From Thermoanaerobaculia bacterium (GTDB lineage Bacteria > Acidobacteriota > Thermoanaerobaculia > Multivoradales > UBA5704): a DNA stretch of 64,000 bases. The position numbers and the translations under genes were made by a program. Of this stretch, positions 53,204-64,000 are shown piece by piece. Every line of letters starts with the position of its first letter. The stretch's first letter is position 1. The stretch spans positions 5,204-69,203 of the forward strand of contig DASWRX010000371.1 of the NCBI GenBank assembly GCA_036402955.1. The letters run 5' to 3'. The notes beneath the pieces were generated by a model. The model was not told where the DNA came from. It saw only the letters and a list, made by a program, of their open reading frames with translations, and did no database searches.

Positions 53204-55138
53204 ATGACTCCTCCAGCCGCGAAGGCGATCCCCTTGGCGCTCGTCTTCACGCTGGCGGCCGGTCTGGCCACCGTGGCCAGGGCCGAGGTCCAGGGCTTTC
53301 ACTACACCCGCCAGGTCGAGATTCCCTCCCCGGGCTGGGTGCAGGTGCCTCTCGACCTCGCCGCGGTCCGGCACCTGGCTCCCGGAGGCGCAGACCTCCG
53401 TGTGATCTCCCCTACGGGCGGCGAGGTCCCCCTGCGGATCGAGCCCGCCGCCCCCCGCGGCGAGCGCCGGCCGGTCGACTCGTTCCATCCGCAGCCGGCC
53501 GGGGACGGCTGGTTGCTGGTGGTCGACGTGGGCCCTGATCCGCTCCCTCACGAACGCCTCTTCCTGACTTCGGTCCGTTCCCCCCTGCCTTTCCCCGATC
53601 GCGTCGAGAGCAGCCCGGACGGCGCGCTCTGGCGGCCGCTCGCAGGCAAGCCGTCCCCTGGCGAAACCGTTGGGAAGATCGCGGTCTCCTATCCGGCGGC
53701 CGGAGATCGCTATCTTCGCCTCCACTGGCCGCGCCGGGCGGAGTCGCCCCGGATCTCGGCGGCCGAGGTGGAGGCCGTCACCAGCCCGACGCTGTCGGTC
53801 GCCAGCTCCAGCATCCAGTGTGAGCCGGGTCCGCCCGGCGCCACCTTCTGCACCCTGGCGCTGCCGGCCGCCGGACAGACCGTGCGGCGTCTCACCGTCG
53901 AGATCGACGGCAAGGGGGTGGTGGGATACCGCCTCGATGCGCCGCGGGATGCCCGCTGGCGTCCCGTGACCGAAGGGGTCTGGCAGCCGCCGGGGGGCGG
54001 CGGGCGGACGCGCCACCCGATCGCGGCCGGGCCGGAGCCGGTGGCCGGCGCCGTCCTCCGTCTCGAGCTCCACGGCTCGGGAGCCCGGCCGCGGCTCGCC
54101 ACCTACGCCGTCGATCTCGCCGTGCAGACGGTGCTCTTCCACGCCGAGGAGCCGGGGAAGCACACGCTGGCCTATGGCGGCGTCACGCTGGCGGGCCTCC
54201 GGCGGGCGGAGCCGCCTCCCGCGGGAACCCGGACGATCTGGCTGGAGCCCGGCCCCGAGAGCGAGCGCGGCCTGCCCGACCTGCCGGCCGCTGCGACCGC
54301 CCCGTCCGTCCGCCTGGGGGAGAGCCGCCGGCTCGCCGGCTCGTGGCGCGTCGCAGCCCCCGCGGCGAAGCCCGGCTCGCTGGTCCGCCTGGAGCTGCCG
54401 GCCCTCGTCTATCGTGCGGCGCGGGCCGACCTCGGCAACCTGCGGGTGATGGCGGGGGACCGCCAGATCCCGTTCCAGCGCTGGTCGCCGGAGGACCCCG
54501 CCGCCGCCGTCCAGGAGTGGAACCTTCGCCTGCAGGGAGGCGGCCGCCGGTCGGGTGACAGCTCGGTGGAGATCCACTTGCCCGAGCCGGGCCTGCCGCT
54601 GTCGCAGGTCGAGCTCACGGCGCCGGCCGCGCCGCTGCGGCGTGCCGTGGGATTGCGCTATCTGGAGCCGGCCACCACGCCGGCCCGGGAGGTCCGCCGG
54701 AGGGAGCGGCCCACCTTGGTCCGCGAGACCTGGGAGTGCCGTCCCCAGCCCCCCCTCCCCTGCCGTGGGTGGCTGCCGCTGCCCGGCCACGCGCCGTCCG
54801 TCCTCGAAGTGAGCGTCCACGACGGCGAAAACCCGCCGCTCTCCGGTCTCGGCGCAGCGCTCTGGCGCCGGCGCGACATCCTCCTCTTCGTCTGGCCCGA
54901 GACGGAGGAGCCGGTCCGCCTGGTGGCCGGCCCCGACACCCTGACCGCCCCCTCCTACGACCTCCAGGCTCTGGGCGACGCCCTGCTGAGCTATCCCTGG
55001 CAGCCCGCCGAGCTCAGCCAGGGCACCGCTCCGCCGCCCGCCCGGAGCTGGTGGAGCCGCTGGATGCGGCCGATGATCCTCCTCGCCGCCACCGCCGGCC
55101 TGGTGCTCCTGTTGCGGCGCATCCTTTCCGACGCATGA
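53204..55138 (+). CDS. Hypothetical exported protein with a C-terminal TM anchor
   Basis: Signal peptide MTPPAAKAIPLALVFTLAAGLATVARA; C-terminal TM MILLAATAGLVLLL. It begins inside a track ORF that starts in the acs 3' end in another frame. Stop overlaps the next gene's start (ATGA). Confidence 0.5.
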   Translation: MTPPAAKAIPLALVFTLAAGLATVARAEVQGFHYTRQVEIPSPGWVQVPLDLAAVRHLAPGGADLRVISPTGGEVPLRIEPAAPRGERRPVDSFHPQPAGDGWLLVVDVGPDPLPHERLFLTSVRSPLPFPDRVESSPDGALWRPLAGKPSPGETVGKIAVSYPAAGDRYLRLHWPRRAESPRISAAEVEAVTSPTLSVASSSIQCEPGPPGATFCTLALPAAGQTVRRLTVEIDGKGVVGYRLDAPRDARWRPVTEGVWQPPGGGGRTRHPIAAGPEPVAGAVLRLELHGSGARPRLATYAVDLAVQTVLFHAEEPGKHTLAYGGVTLAGLRRAEPPPAGTRTIWLEPGPESERGLPDLPAAATAPSVRLGESRRLAGSWRVAAPAAKPGSLVRLELPALVYRAARADLGNLRVMAGDRQIPFQRWSPEDPAAAVQEWNLRLQGGGRRSGDSSVEIHLPEPGLPLSQVELTAPAAPLRRAVGLRYLEPATTPAREVRRRERPTLVRETWECRPQPPLPCRGWLPLPGHAPSVLEVSVHDGENPPLSGLGAALWRRRDILLFVWPETEEPVRLVAGPDTLTAPSYDLQALGDALLSYPWQPAELSQGTAPPPARSWWSRWMRPMILLAATAGLVLLLRRILSDA

Positions 55139-56259
55139 AGCGGCTCCTGCTGGTGGGAGCCGGGCACGCGCACCTGGAGATCCTGCGGCGGCTGATCCTG
55201 GAGCCGCTGCCGGAGGTGGAGCTGTCGGTGGTCTCCCTGGGCCCCCTGCACCATTACTCGGGGATGGTGCCGGGCTATCTCCAGGAGACCTACCGCGAGG
55301 AGGAGATCGCGGTCCGGGTGCCGGACCTGGTGCGGCGGACGGGAGGGCGCTTCGTCGCCGGCCGGGCCGTGGGAGTGGAGCCCGGAGAACGGCGGGTAAA
55401 GATCGAGACGGCGGAGGGGGTATGGGAGGTCCCGTACGACGTGGTCTCGTTCGGGGTGGGCTCCAACACGGCCGGCATCGACGCGCCGCGGGTGGCCGGC
55501 GAGGCGCAACGGATCAAGCCGATCGAGCGGGTGGTCGCCCTCCGCCACCGGCTCCAGGAGCTCGCCTGCGAGAACGGCTCCATCCCCTTCGCCGTGGTCG
55601 GCGGCGGCGCGGCGGGCGTCGAGATCTCGCTCGCGATCGAAGCCGTGATGCGAAAGGCCGGGCGGGCACGCCGGATCACCATCCTGGACTCCGGCGAGCG
55701 CATCCTCTCCGGCTACCGCGATCGTTTCCGCGAGCGGGCCGCCGGCATCCTGGTGGAGCGCGGGATCGAGGTCCGGACCGGGGAGCGGGTGCAGGCGGTC
55801 CGTCCCGATGAGGTGGAGACCGAGGACGGCGGGACGGTGCCCTCCCGCCTCACCGTCTGGCTGACCGGCGCCGTGGCCTGGCCGCTGTTCCAGGGCTCGG
55901 GGCTGCCGCTCGACGAGCGGGGGTTCCTGCTGACGGACGAGGCGCTGCGCTCCCTGGGCGCCCCCAACATCTTCGCCGCCGGCGACTGCGGGACCCTGGC
56001 AAATCACCCGGAGACTCCGAAGGCCGGCGTCTACGCGGTACGGGAGGGTCCGGTCCTCTGGGAGAGCCTGAAAACGGCGCTCCAGGATGGCGAGCCGCCC
56101 CGCTACGAGCCCCAGAAGGGATTCCTCTCCATCCTGAACACGGGCGACGGCTTCGCTCTCCTCGACTACAGAGGCGTCGTCTCCCACAGCCTCTGGGCCT
56201 GGCGGCTCAAGGACTGGATCGACCGGCGCTTCATGGCGCGGTATCAGAAGCTGGTCTGA
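55135..56259 (+). CDS. FAD/NAD(P)-dependent pyridine nucleotide-disulfide oxidoreductase family protein
   Basis: KRLLLVGAGHAHLEIL Rossmann motif, HYSGMVPGY, a second Rossmann motif FAVVGGGAAGVE and C-terminal FAAGDC. Confidence 0.75.
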   Translation: MKRLLLVGAGHAHLEILRRLILEPLPEVELSVVSLGPLHHYSGMVPGYLQETYREEEIAVRVPDLVRRTGGRFVAGRAVGVEPGERRVKIETAEGVWEVPYDVVSFGVGSNTAGIDAPRVAGEAQRIKPIERVVALRHRLQELACENGSIPFAVVGGGAAGVEISLAIEAVMRKAGRARRITILDSGERILSGYRDRFRERAAGILVERGIEVRTGERVQAVRPDEVETEDGGTVPSRLTVWLTGAVAWPLFQGSGLPLDERGFLLTDEALRSLGAPNIFAAGDCGTLANHPETPKAGVYAVREGPVLWESLKTALQDGEPPRYEPQKGFLSILNTGDGFALLDYRGVVSHSLWAWRLKDWIDRRFMARYQKLV

Positions 56260-56271
56260 CGGAAGGGGAAG

Positions 56272-56346
56272 TGGCTCCTCGGGAGGGATTCGAACCCCCA
56301 ACATTTCGGTTAACAGCCGAACGCTCTACCGTTGAGCTACCGAGGA
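56272..56346 (-). tRNA. tRNA-Asn (anticodon GTT)
   Basis: Reverse-strand sequence TCCTCGGTAGCTCAACGGTAGAGCGTTCGGCTGTTAACCGAAATGTTGGGGGTTCGAATCCCTCCCGAGGAGCCA folds as a cloverleaf: 7-bp acceptor stem, D and T arms, GTTCGAATC T-loop, anticodon loop CTGTTAA, encoded CCA. Confidence 0.85.
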
Positions 56347-56484
56347 ACGTGGAAAGAATCGTCCGGGCTTGACCCGGGAGGCGGAATTCTAGGCGGACCG
56401 CCCGCCGGGTGTCAACGGACCGCCGGTCCGCTGTCGCGAAGGTAGGGGCGCAGCATGCTGCGCCCCTACGAACCGGGACTGGTC

Positions 56485-58194
<1,710 letters not shown>

Positions 58195-58226
58195 TTTTTT
58201 ACTCTCCTCTCAGCTTCCGCCCGGGC

Positions 58227-60107
58227 TCAGGAACGCGGAAAAGGCTCTTTCGAGCCCGTGTTCGCGCCCTGCCGGGACCCCCGGTGCAAGCTGCGGCTCA
58301 ACCGTGTCTTCTCTTCCACGAGGCGGTCCAAAAGCGCATGATCCCCCTTGCGCTGCGCCTCGTTGATCTCTCCGTGCAGTTCCTTGGTCCGCTGGCGCCG
58401 CCAGCGGTCGGCCAAATTGTCGAGGGACTCCAGAAGCCCGATCCTTCCGGAGGCAACCTCCCTTTCTAGCATGATTTTCGCCAGTCGGGCAACCGTTCCC
58501 TCGGCCTCCCCCAGCCTGGACTTCACCATCTGGAAGTCCGGAGGGGTACCGGCTCCTGCATATAGAGCGCAGAAGGCCTCGTAAATATTCCTGCATTCGG
58601 TGTCGTGGAAGACCTCCGGCAGAGGGAGCTCCCCCGGGGGAGGAATCTGGGACCGGTCCTCCTCCTGGAGGAGCTGGTCCAGCACCTGCTCCTCAAGGCT
58701 GCGGACGAGCCGCGGGCCGCCTTCGGAGAGGGGGATGGGGCCGGCGGGGCGCTGCGGCGGCGTCCGGTCGTCCGGGCGGCCCCGATCGTTCCGGTGGGTC
58801 CGGTCGTCGTTCCGCTCGCCCCCTCCACCCATGCGGCGGGCCAGCATCTCGACCGGGATCCCCAGCCGGCCGGCGGCGATGCGCCCATAGCTGAAGCGGA
58901 GGATGGCGTCGTGGATCGGCCGCAGCAGCTCGCCGACCTCGGTCGCGGCCTTGGCCTGCGCCCGCGGCTCGCGCGCCGCGTTGGCAGGGATCAGGCGGTC
59001 GAGCTCGGCCGTGACCGCGTCCTCCGCCTTCTCGACCGCCGCGCGCACGGCCTCCTCCCCCTCCTCCAGGCGGAGGGAGTCCGGATCGTGCGAGCCGGGG
59101 AAGCGCGCCCGCCGCGTTCCGAGACCCTCGGCGAGCAGCAGCGGCAGGCAGCGGCGGAAGGCGTTCTCGCCCGCGCTGTCGCCGTCGTAGGCCACCACCA
59201 CCTCCTCGGCGTAGCGCGAGAGGAGCCTGGCCTGCTCGGGGGTGAGCGCGGTGCCCATTCCGGCGACCGCCCCCTCGAGGCCGCAGGCCACGGTGGCGAT
59301 GACGTCGAAGTACCCCTCGCAGAGAACCGCCCGGCCGGTCTCCCGGATCTCGCGCTTGGCGAGGTGCAGGCCGTAGAGGAGGGACCCCTTGTGGAAGCGG
59401 TCGGTCTCGCTGGTGTTGACGTACTTGGCCTTGTCGTCCCCCAGAGTGCGGCCGCCGAAGCCGACCAGACGGCCGGCCTGGTTGTGGATGGGGAACATCA
59501 ACCGGTGGCGGAAGCGGTCGTAGAGGTCCCCCCGCTCGGAACGGGCGATGAGACCCGCCGCCTCGAGGTCCGCCTGCGGCACCTTGGGATGCAGGGCGGG
59601 GAGGAGGTTCTTGTACCCGTCCGGGGCGTAGCCGAGGCCGAAGCGCTCGACGAGCTCCGGCGGAATGCGCCGCGTCTTGTCCAGGTAGTCGCGGGCGAAG
59701 GTGGACTTGCGGAGCTGGTCGCGGAAGAACCCGGCCGCCGCCTGGAGGGCCCCCTCGATGTCGCGCTCCGGCTGGCCGCCGGCGAAGCGCGCCTCGGTCC
59801 GGCTGGGCAGCGGGATGCCGTAGCGCATCGCCAGGTTCTCGATCGCCGCCGGGAAGTCGTCCCCCGTGGTCAGCATGTGGAGCTTGATGGCGTCGCCGCC
59901 GGCGCCGCAGCCGAAGCAGTAGAAGAGCCCCTGCACCGGATCGACGCTGAACGAGGGGCTCTTCTCCTTGTGGATCGGGCAGAGCCCCGAATACCGCCGC
60001 CCCGCCTTGCGCAGGCGGGTGTGGTCGGAGGCGATGGCCACGATGTCGATCGCGTCGCGCACCGCCTGCACGAGCTGGGGGGTGATGTGGACGTTGCCGA
60101 GAGGCAT
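58227..60107 (-). CDS. dnaG: DNA primase
   Basis: Zinc-binding CPIHKEKSPSFSV...YCFGCGAGGD, a TOPRIM domain (LCEGYFDV) and a C-terminal helicase-binding region. Confidence 0.9.
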   Translation of the reverse strand: MPLGNVHITPQLVQAVRDAIDIVAIASDHTRLRKAGRRYSGLCPIHKEKSPSFSVDPVQGLFYCFGCGAGGDAIKLHMLTTGDDFPAAIENLAMRYGIPLPSRTEARFAGGQPERDIEGALQAAAGFFRDQLRKSTFARDYLDKTRRIPPELVERFGLGYAPDGYKNLLPALHPKVPQADLEAAGLIARSERGDLYDRFRHRLMFPIHNQAGRLVGFGGRTLGDDKAKYVNTSETDRFHKGSLLYGLHLAKREIRETGRAVLCEGYFDVIATVACGLEGAVAGMGTALTPEQARLLSRYAEEVVVAYDGDSAGENAFRRCLPLLLAEGLGTRRARFPGSHDPDSLRLEEGEEAVRAAVEKAEDAVTAELDRLIPANAAREPRAQAKAATEVGELLRPIHDAILRFSYGRIAAGRLGIPVEMLARRMGGGGERNDDRTHRNDRGRPDDRTPPQRPAGPIPLSEGGPRLVRSLEEQVLDQLLQEEDRSQIPPPGELPLPEVFHDTECRNIYEAFCALYAGAGTPPDFQMVKSRLGEAEGTVARLAKIMLEREVASGRIGLLESLDNLADRWRRQRTKELHGEINEAQRKGDHALLDRLVEEKTRLSRSLHRGSRQGANTGSKEPFPRS

Positions 60108-60110
60108 GGG

Positions 60111-62552
60111 TCAGGCCCCGCGAAACGTCACCACCGTCGCGCCGTCCCCCCCCTCGTTGGGGGCGCCCGACCGGATGTCGGAGACCCCCCGGTGCCGCCG
60201 CAGGTGCTCGCGCACGGCCTGCCGGAGCCGGCCGGAGCCATGGCCGTGGACGACCCGCACCTCCCTGCGGGAGGCGAGGAGCGCCTGGTCGAGGTAGGCA
60301 TCGAGCTGATCGAGCGCCGGCTCGACGCGCTGGCCGATCAGGTTGATCTCGGGCGGCACCGAGGCGGCCTCGTCCAGGTCGCCGCGCCCGCTGAGGCGGG
60401 AGATGGGCCGCGCCTCGCGGGGCGCCGCCTCGCGCTCCTTCCGGGGGACCGCGCCGCCGGCCGGTCCCAGCTCCTCCGGACGGCAGCGCACCCGCTTGCC
60501 GCGCACCAGCACCTCCGCGCGGCCGTCCTCCAGCTTCTCCAGCGTCCCCTGCCAGCCGAGACCCAGGTGCCGCACCGGCTCGCCCACCACCAGCGGCCCG
60601 CCGGCCGCCGGCGCCTCCCCGGCGAACGCCGGCGCCTCGGCGAACAGGCTCTCTACCGCCTCGGCGGCCAGCCCCTTGCGCCGGCCCTCCTCGAAGCGCT
60701 CGCGCAGGCGGGCCTCCTCCCGGCGCAGGCGCTCCGTGGTGTCGCGGCGGAACTGCTCCAGCTCGGCCCGCATTTTTCCGGAGACGTTCCGGCGCTCCTC
60801 CTCCAGGGCCGCCCGCTCCCCGGCCAGCCGGCGGGCGAGCTTCTCGGCGTCCGCGCGCTCGGTCTCCAGGCTCTCGCGCGTCTCCGCCAGCTCCTGGCGC
60901 GCCCGCTCCACCTCGGCGATCAGCCGGCGCAGGTCGCGGTGCTCGGTGCCCAGCCGCGCCTCGGCCCGGTCCAGCCACTCGGCCGGCAACCCGAGCCGGC
61001 GGGCCAGCGCCAGGGCCTCGCTCGCTCCCGGCGGCCCGGGGACCAGCCGGAAGGTGGGACGGCCGGTGGCGGGATCGAACTCCATCGCCGCGCACGACGC
61101 CCCCGGAAGCTCGAGCGCCGCCGCGGCGAGCTGGGCGAGATGGGTGGTGATCACCCCCAGGCTCCCCTTCTCGAGCAGCCCCTCGAGCAGGGCCTCGGCG
61201 AGCGCGGCGCCCTCCTCCGGATCGGTCCCCGAGCCCAGCTCGTCGAGGAGGACGAGGCTGTCCGGCCCCGCCCACTCCCACGCCTCCTTGAGGCGGAGCA
61301 GCCGGCCGCTGAAGGTGGAGCGGTCGGCGAGCAGGTCCTGCTCGTCGCCGACCGTCGCCACCAGCCGGGAGAGGAACGGCACCCGGCTGCCGGGCGCGGC
61401 CGGGATCGGCAGCCCGCACTGGGCCATGAGAGCGAGAATGCCCGTGGTTTTCAGCGACACCGTCTTGCCGCCCGCGTTGGGGCCGGTGATCACCAGGATG
61501 CGCCGCTCATGGCCGAGCTCGACGTGCAGCGGCACGATGTCCCCCGAGTGCCCCGCCTGCCCCAGCGCCTCCTCGCGGATCTCGGCCAGGCACGGGTCGA
61601 GCAGCGGGTGGCGGGCCAGGAGGAGCTTCAGGTCGTGCCGCGCGCCGATCTCGGGGAGCGCGGCGCCGCAGCGGTCGCCGAAGCGCACCGACGCTTGCAG
61701 AAGATCGAGCTCGCCCAGGAACCGCGAGTGCTCGCGCAGGGCGGGGAGGGCGGCCCGCGCGGCGTCGATCAGCTCGATCAGGATGCGCCGGCGCTCCGCC
61801 TCCTCGTCCTCGACCGACTGCTGCAGGGTGTTGTTGGTCTCCACCACGTGCAGCGGCTCGAAGTAGAAGCTCCGGCCGGTGGCCGAGCGGCCGTGGACGA
61901 GGCCGCCGCTGCGGCCGCGCGCGCCGGACTGGAGCACCACGACCAGCCGGCCGCCGCGCATCGGGATCGTCTCCTCGGAGAGCTCGTCCTTGTGGGTGGA
62001 GACGAAGTCGCCCAGGTCGCGGTAGATCTGGTCGCGCAGGGTGCGGATCTGCCGGCGCAGGGCGGCGAGCCGCGGGCTCGCGTCCTCCCGCACCTCCCCC
62101 CGGCGGTCGAGCATGCGCTCGATCTTCTTCAGCAGCGGATCGACCTCCGGCAGCTCGCGGGCGAGCGCCTCCAAGGCCGGGCAGGGCGGGACCGCCTCGC
62201 GGATGCGCGCCGCCGCGGTCCGCGTGGCGCGGCCGAGGTCCGCCAGCCGCACGAGGTCGATTCCCTCCACCGGCGGCCGGCCGGTGGCGATCCGGGTCAG
62301 CAGGTCTCCCAAAGGGACGTCGAAGTCCGGCACCAGGGCCCGCTCGCCGGTCAGCCGCGACGCCTCCTCAAAGAGGGTGCGCTGGGCCCGTAGCGGGCCC
62401 TCCTGCTCGAACGGCCGCAGCGCCAGCGCGCGCTCGCGCCCCAGATCGCTCGCCGCGAAACGCGAGACCACGGCCAGCAGGCTGGGGAGCTCGAGCGCCT
62501 GCGCGGTGGCCTGAGACAGGATGGAAGAAGAAGGGAACGAGGCTTCACTCAC
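60111..62552 (-). CDS. mutS2: Endonuclease MutS2 (MutS domain V ATPase plus C-terminal Smr)
   Basis: Walker A ITGPNAGGKTV, LLDELGSGTDPEEG and a C-terminal Smr domain (VRVVHGHGSGRLRQAVREHL). Confidence 0.9.
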   Translation of the reverse strand: MSEASFPSSSILSQATAQALELPSLLAVVSRFAASDLGRERALALRPFEQEGPLRAQRTLFEEASRLTGERALVPDFDVPLGDLLTRIATGRPPVEGIDLVRLADLGRATRTAAARIREAVPPCPALEALARELPEVDPLLKKIERMLDRRGEVREDASPRLAALRRQIRTLRDQIYRDLGDFVSTHKDELSEETIPMRGGRLVVVLQSGARGRSGGLVHGRSATGRSFYFEPLHVVETNNTLQQSVEDEEAERRRILIELIDAARAALPALREHSRFLGELDLLQASVRFGDRCGAALPEIGARHDLKLLLARHPLLDPCLAEIREEALGQAGHSGDIVPLHVELGHERRILVITGPNAGGKTVSLKTTGILALMAQCGLPIPAAPGSRVPFLSRLVATVGDEQDLLADRSTFSGRLLRLKEAWEWAGPDSLVLLDELGSGTDPEEGAALAEALLEGLLEKGSLGVITTHLAQLAAAALELPGASCAAMEFDPATGRPTFRLVPGPPGASEALALARRLGLPAEWLDRAEARLGTEHRDLRRLIAEVERARQELAETRESLETERADAEKLARRLAGERAALEEERRNVSGKMRAELEQFRRDTTERLRREEARLRERFEEGRRKGLAAEAVESLFAEAPAFAGEAPAAGGPLVVGEPVRHLGLGWQGTLEKLEDGRAEVLVRGKRVRCRPEELGPAGGAVPRKEREAAPREARPISRLSGRGDLDEAASVPPEINLIGQRVEPALDQLDAYLDQALLASRREVRVVHGHGSGRLRQAVREHLRRHRGVSDIRSGAPNEGGDGATVVTFRGA

Positions 62553-62583
62553 CAGGATGAGTGTACCAGCGCCGGCAACCCCC

Positions 62584-63336
62584 TCACCGCCTCGTCTCCA
62601 CCTCCGGGGCCACGTAGCGGGAGATCTCGGTGAGGGCCTCCAGGGTGGCGTAACCGGTCTCGGCCAGACGCTGGAAGAAGAGCAGCGCCGCCCCGACGCC
62701 CTGCCGCAGATCGCGGGTGCGGAGAATGGGGAGCAAATTCTCTCCCAGGACGCGGATCTCGGCGGTGCGCCCCTGCCGCGCGTAGAGGATCGCGAGGTCC
62801 AGCAGGGCCTCGGCCGCCTCGCCCCCCAGACCTTCGAGGATGAAGCCTTGGCGCGCGTCGGCGAACGCGGTCTCCGCCTCCCCCGACGCCCCCAGGGCTT
62901 CGCCGATCCTCCCCTCGAGACGGCGGAGCCGGTAGAGGTTCGGCCCGTCCCCCAGCTTCTGATAGAGACGCCGCGCCCGCTGGAGCGGCGGGAGCGCTTC
63001 CGCCGCGCGCCCCGCCTCCACGATCTCCACGGCCTGGCGATGGTATGCCGCGGCCCGCGAGCGGAGCTCCTCGGGGTCCGGCTCGCGGCCGTCCGCCGCG
63101 GTCTGATCGAGCGGTTCTTCCATTCCGTCCATTCCGTCCATTCCGTTCTCCATTCCCAAGTCCATCTCCACGTTGGTTCCGGCCTCGCCGAGGTTCCAGA
63201 GGCGCCGCGTCACCGTGCCGCACCGCGCGCAGCCGGCGAGCAGGTGGCGCACCACCCGGCGGCGCTCCGGCGCGTCCACCGCGTTGCGCATGAAGCGCTC
63301 GAGGAGCTGCGCGTCGGGATGATCTTCCGGCATCAC
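62584..63336 (-). CDS. Hypothetical protein with a putative zinc-finger N-terminus (HLLAGCARCG) and a TPR-like C-terminal region
   Basis: Clean ORF facing an AT-rich promoter region. It contains an internal 9-bp x3 tandem repeat encoding GMDGMDGME. Confidence 0.45.
   Translation of the reverse strand: MMPEDHPDAQLLERFMRNAVDAPERRRVVRHLLAGCARCGTVTRRLWNLGEAGTNVEMDLGMENGMDGMDGMEEPLDQTAADGREPDPEELRSRAAAYHRQAVEIVEAGRAAEALPPLQRARRLYQKLGDGPNLYRLRRLEGRIGEALGASGEAETAFADARQGFILEGLGGEAAEALLDLAILYARQGRTAEIRVLGENLLPILRTRDLRQGVGAALLFFQRLAETGYATLEALTEISRYVAPEVETRR
63118..63157. repeat. Short tandem repeat, (CATTCCGTC)x3 plus a degenerate copy, inside a CDS
   Basis: Read directly from the sequence: cattccgtccattccgtccattccgttctccattcc. 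Confidence 0.6.
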
Positions 63337-63564
63337 TTTCCAGGTTCCCCCTCTTCGCCCCGTCGTCGGATTCGGGCACCTACGACGCGAAATTCGAGGT
63401 GATTATAGGACAAATATTACCGGATGCAACAACCCTCCAGAATTAAAAGCACCTCGCAACAGAACAAAGATACGGCCTTACAGAATCTTTTTCTTCGCTC
63501 CAAGTCATTGATCCACATAAGTTTGTGCTTGCCAGCGGGCTTCGGAAACGCTACATTTCCGCCC
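63337..63564. promoter_or_regulatory. AT-rich (~45% GC) divergent promoter region between the hypothetical gene and the XRE regulator
   Basis: A sharp compositional dip relative to ~70% GC surroundings, lying between divergent start codons. Confidence 0.4.
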
Positions 63565-64000
63565 ATGTCAATCTTCAACGGACTGGGAAGGGCTCTCCGC
63601 TGGCTTCGCGACCGCCAGGGGAAGAGGCAGTACCAGGTCGCCGATGCCGCGGGGATCACGAAGGCGATGCTCTCCGCCTATGAGACCGGCAAGCAGAAGC
63701 CGTCGCTCGACACGTTGGAGAAGATCCTGGCGTCCCTGGAGTGCGACCTCAACGATCTGCACAACGCGCTCCAGATCGTCAACGAGCGCCCGGAGGCGAT
63801 CCGCCGGCCCGGCGCCCTGCGCGAGAGCTGGCAGGTCTTCGGCCAGGACGCACTGGAAGGAGCCCGGGAGGGCGGCGGCGCGAGCGGTCTCAGCGTCTAC
63901 CGGATCCTCGGCCTCACCCGGCAGCTTCCGCCGCAGGAGGAGCAGGCCTTGAGCGAGATGCTCGATGGCTTCCACAAGCTGGTCCGCTACCTCCACAACG
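63565..64000 (+). CDS. XRE-family helix-turn-helix transcriptional regulator (3' end beyond the window)
   Basis: LRWLRDRQGKRQYQVADAAGITKAMLSAYETGKQKPSLDTLEKILASLECDL is a Cro/C1-type HTH. The frame stays open to the window end, so it is absent from the ORF track. Confidence 0.7.
   Translation, partial: MSIFNGLGRALRWLRDRQGKRQYQVADAAGITKAMLSAYETGKQKPSLDTLEKILASLECDLNDLHNALQIVNERPEAIRRPGALRESWQVFGQDALEGAREGGGASGLSVYRILGLTRQLPPQEEQALSEMLDGFHKLVRYLHN

Noticed and set aside
56272-56346. tRNA-Asn as an integration site for a mobile element
   Set aside because: Both flanks (oxidoreductase pair upstream, rpoD-dnaG-mutS2 downstream) are housekeeping. There is no integrase or direct repeat of the tRNA 3' end.
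58605-62393. 1262-aa plus-strand ORF and the 58693..61419 minus-strand ORF across dnaG/mutS2
   Set aside because: Antisense or alternate-frame ORFs of high-GC DNA. dnaG and mutS2 are clearly encoded in the listed minus-strand frames.

Overview
High-GC (~68-70%) bacterial chromosome segment, gene-dense. The six-frame track is full of spurious long antisense and alternate-frame ORFs, so I called genes by recognisable protein families and recomputed starts by counting residues from the ORF-track coordinates. Three kinds of content stand out. (1) At the left edge, the first ~2,680 codons of a very large NRPS on the minus strand. It starts with a fatty-acyl-AMP-ligase-type domain and a carrier, then runs C-A-T-C-A and continues past position 1. 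It is transcribed divergently from a DegT/DnrJ/EryC1/StrS sugar aminotransferase. (2) A 10-15 kb accessory-looking stretch: a 5'-3' exonuclease, a Uma2 endonuclease, a lower-GC 2TM hypothetical, a DUF362 plus flippase-like pair, and an isolated two-gene minus-strand cassette of a short stand-alone ThsA-like SIR2_2 protein plus a multi-zinc-ribbon protein. I consider the SIR2/zinc-ribbon cassette the best candidate for an undescribed defence module in this window. (3) Housekeeping blocks: two convergent family-39-like glycosyltransferases; ricT-like/hfq-like/pdxA; purD and pta; an ECF sigma/anti-sigma pair with DUF4198/DUF4331; rph, mpl, formiminotransferase; a complete F1Fo ATP synthase operon atpZ-I-B-E-F-H-A-G-D-C with several unusual subunit features; Rrf2, HAD, FAH, pepE, vapBC, acs, tRNA-Asn(GTT), rpoD, dnaG, mutS2; a hypothetical plus XRE pair around an AT-rich promoter region. 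No CRISPR array, transposase or integrase was seen.
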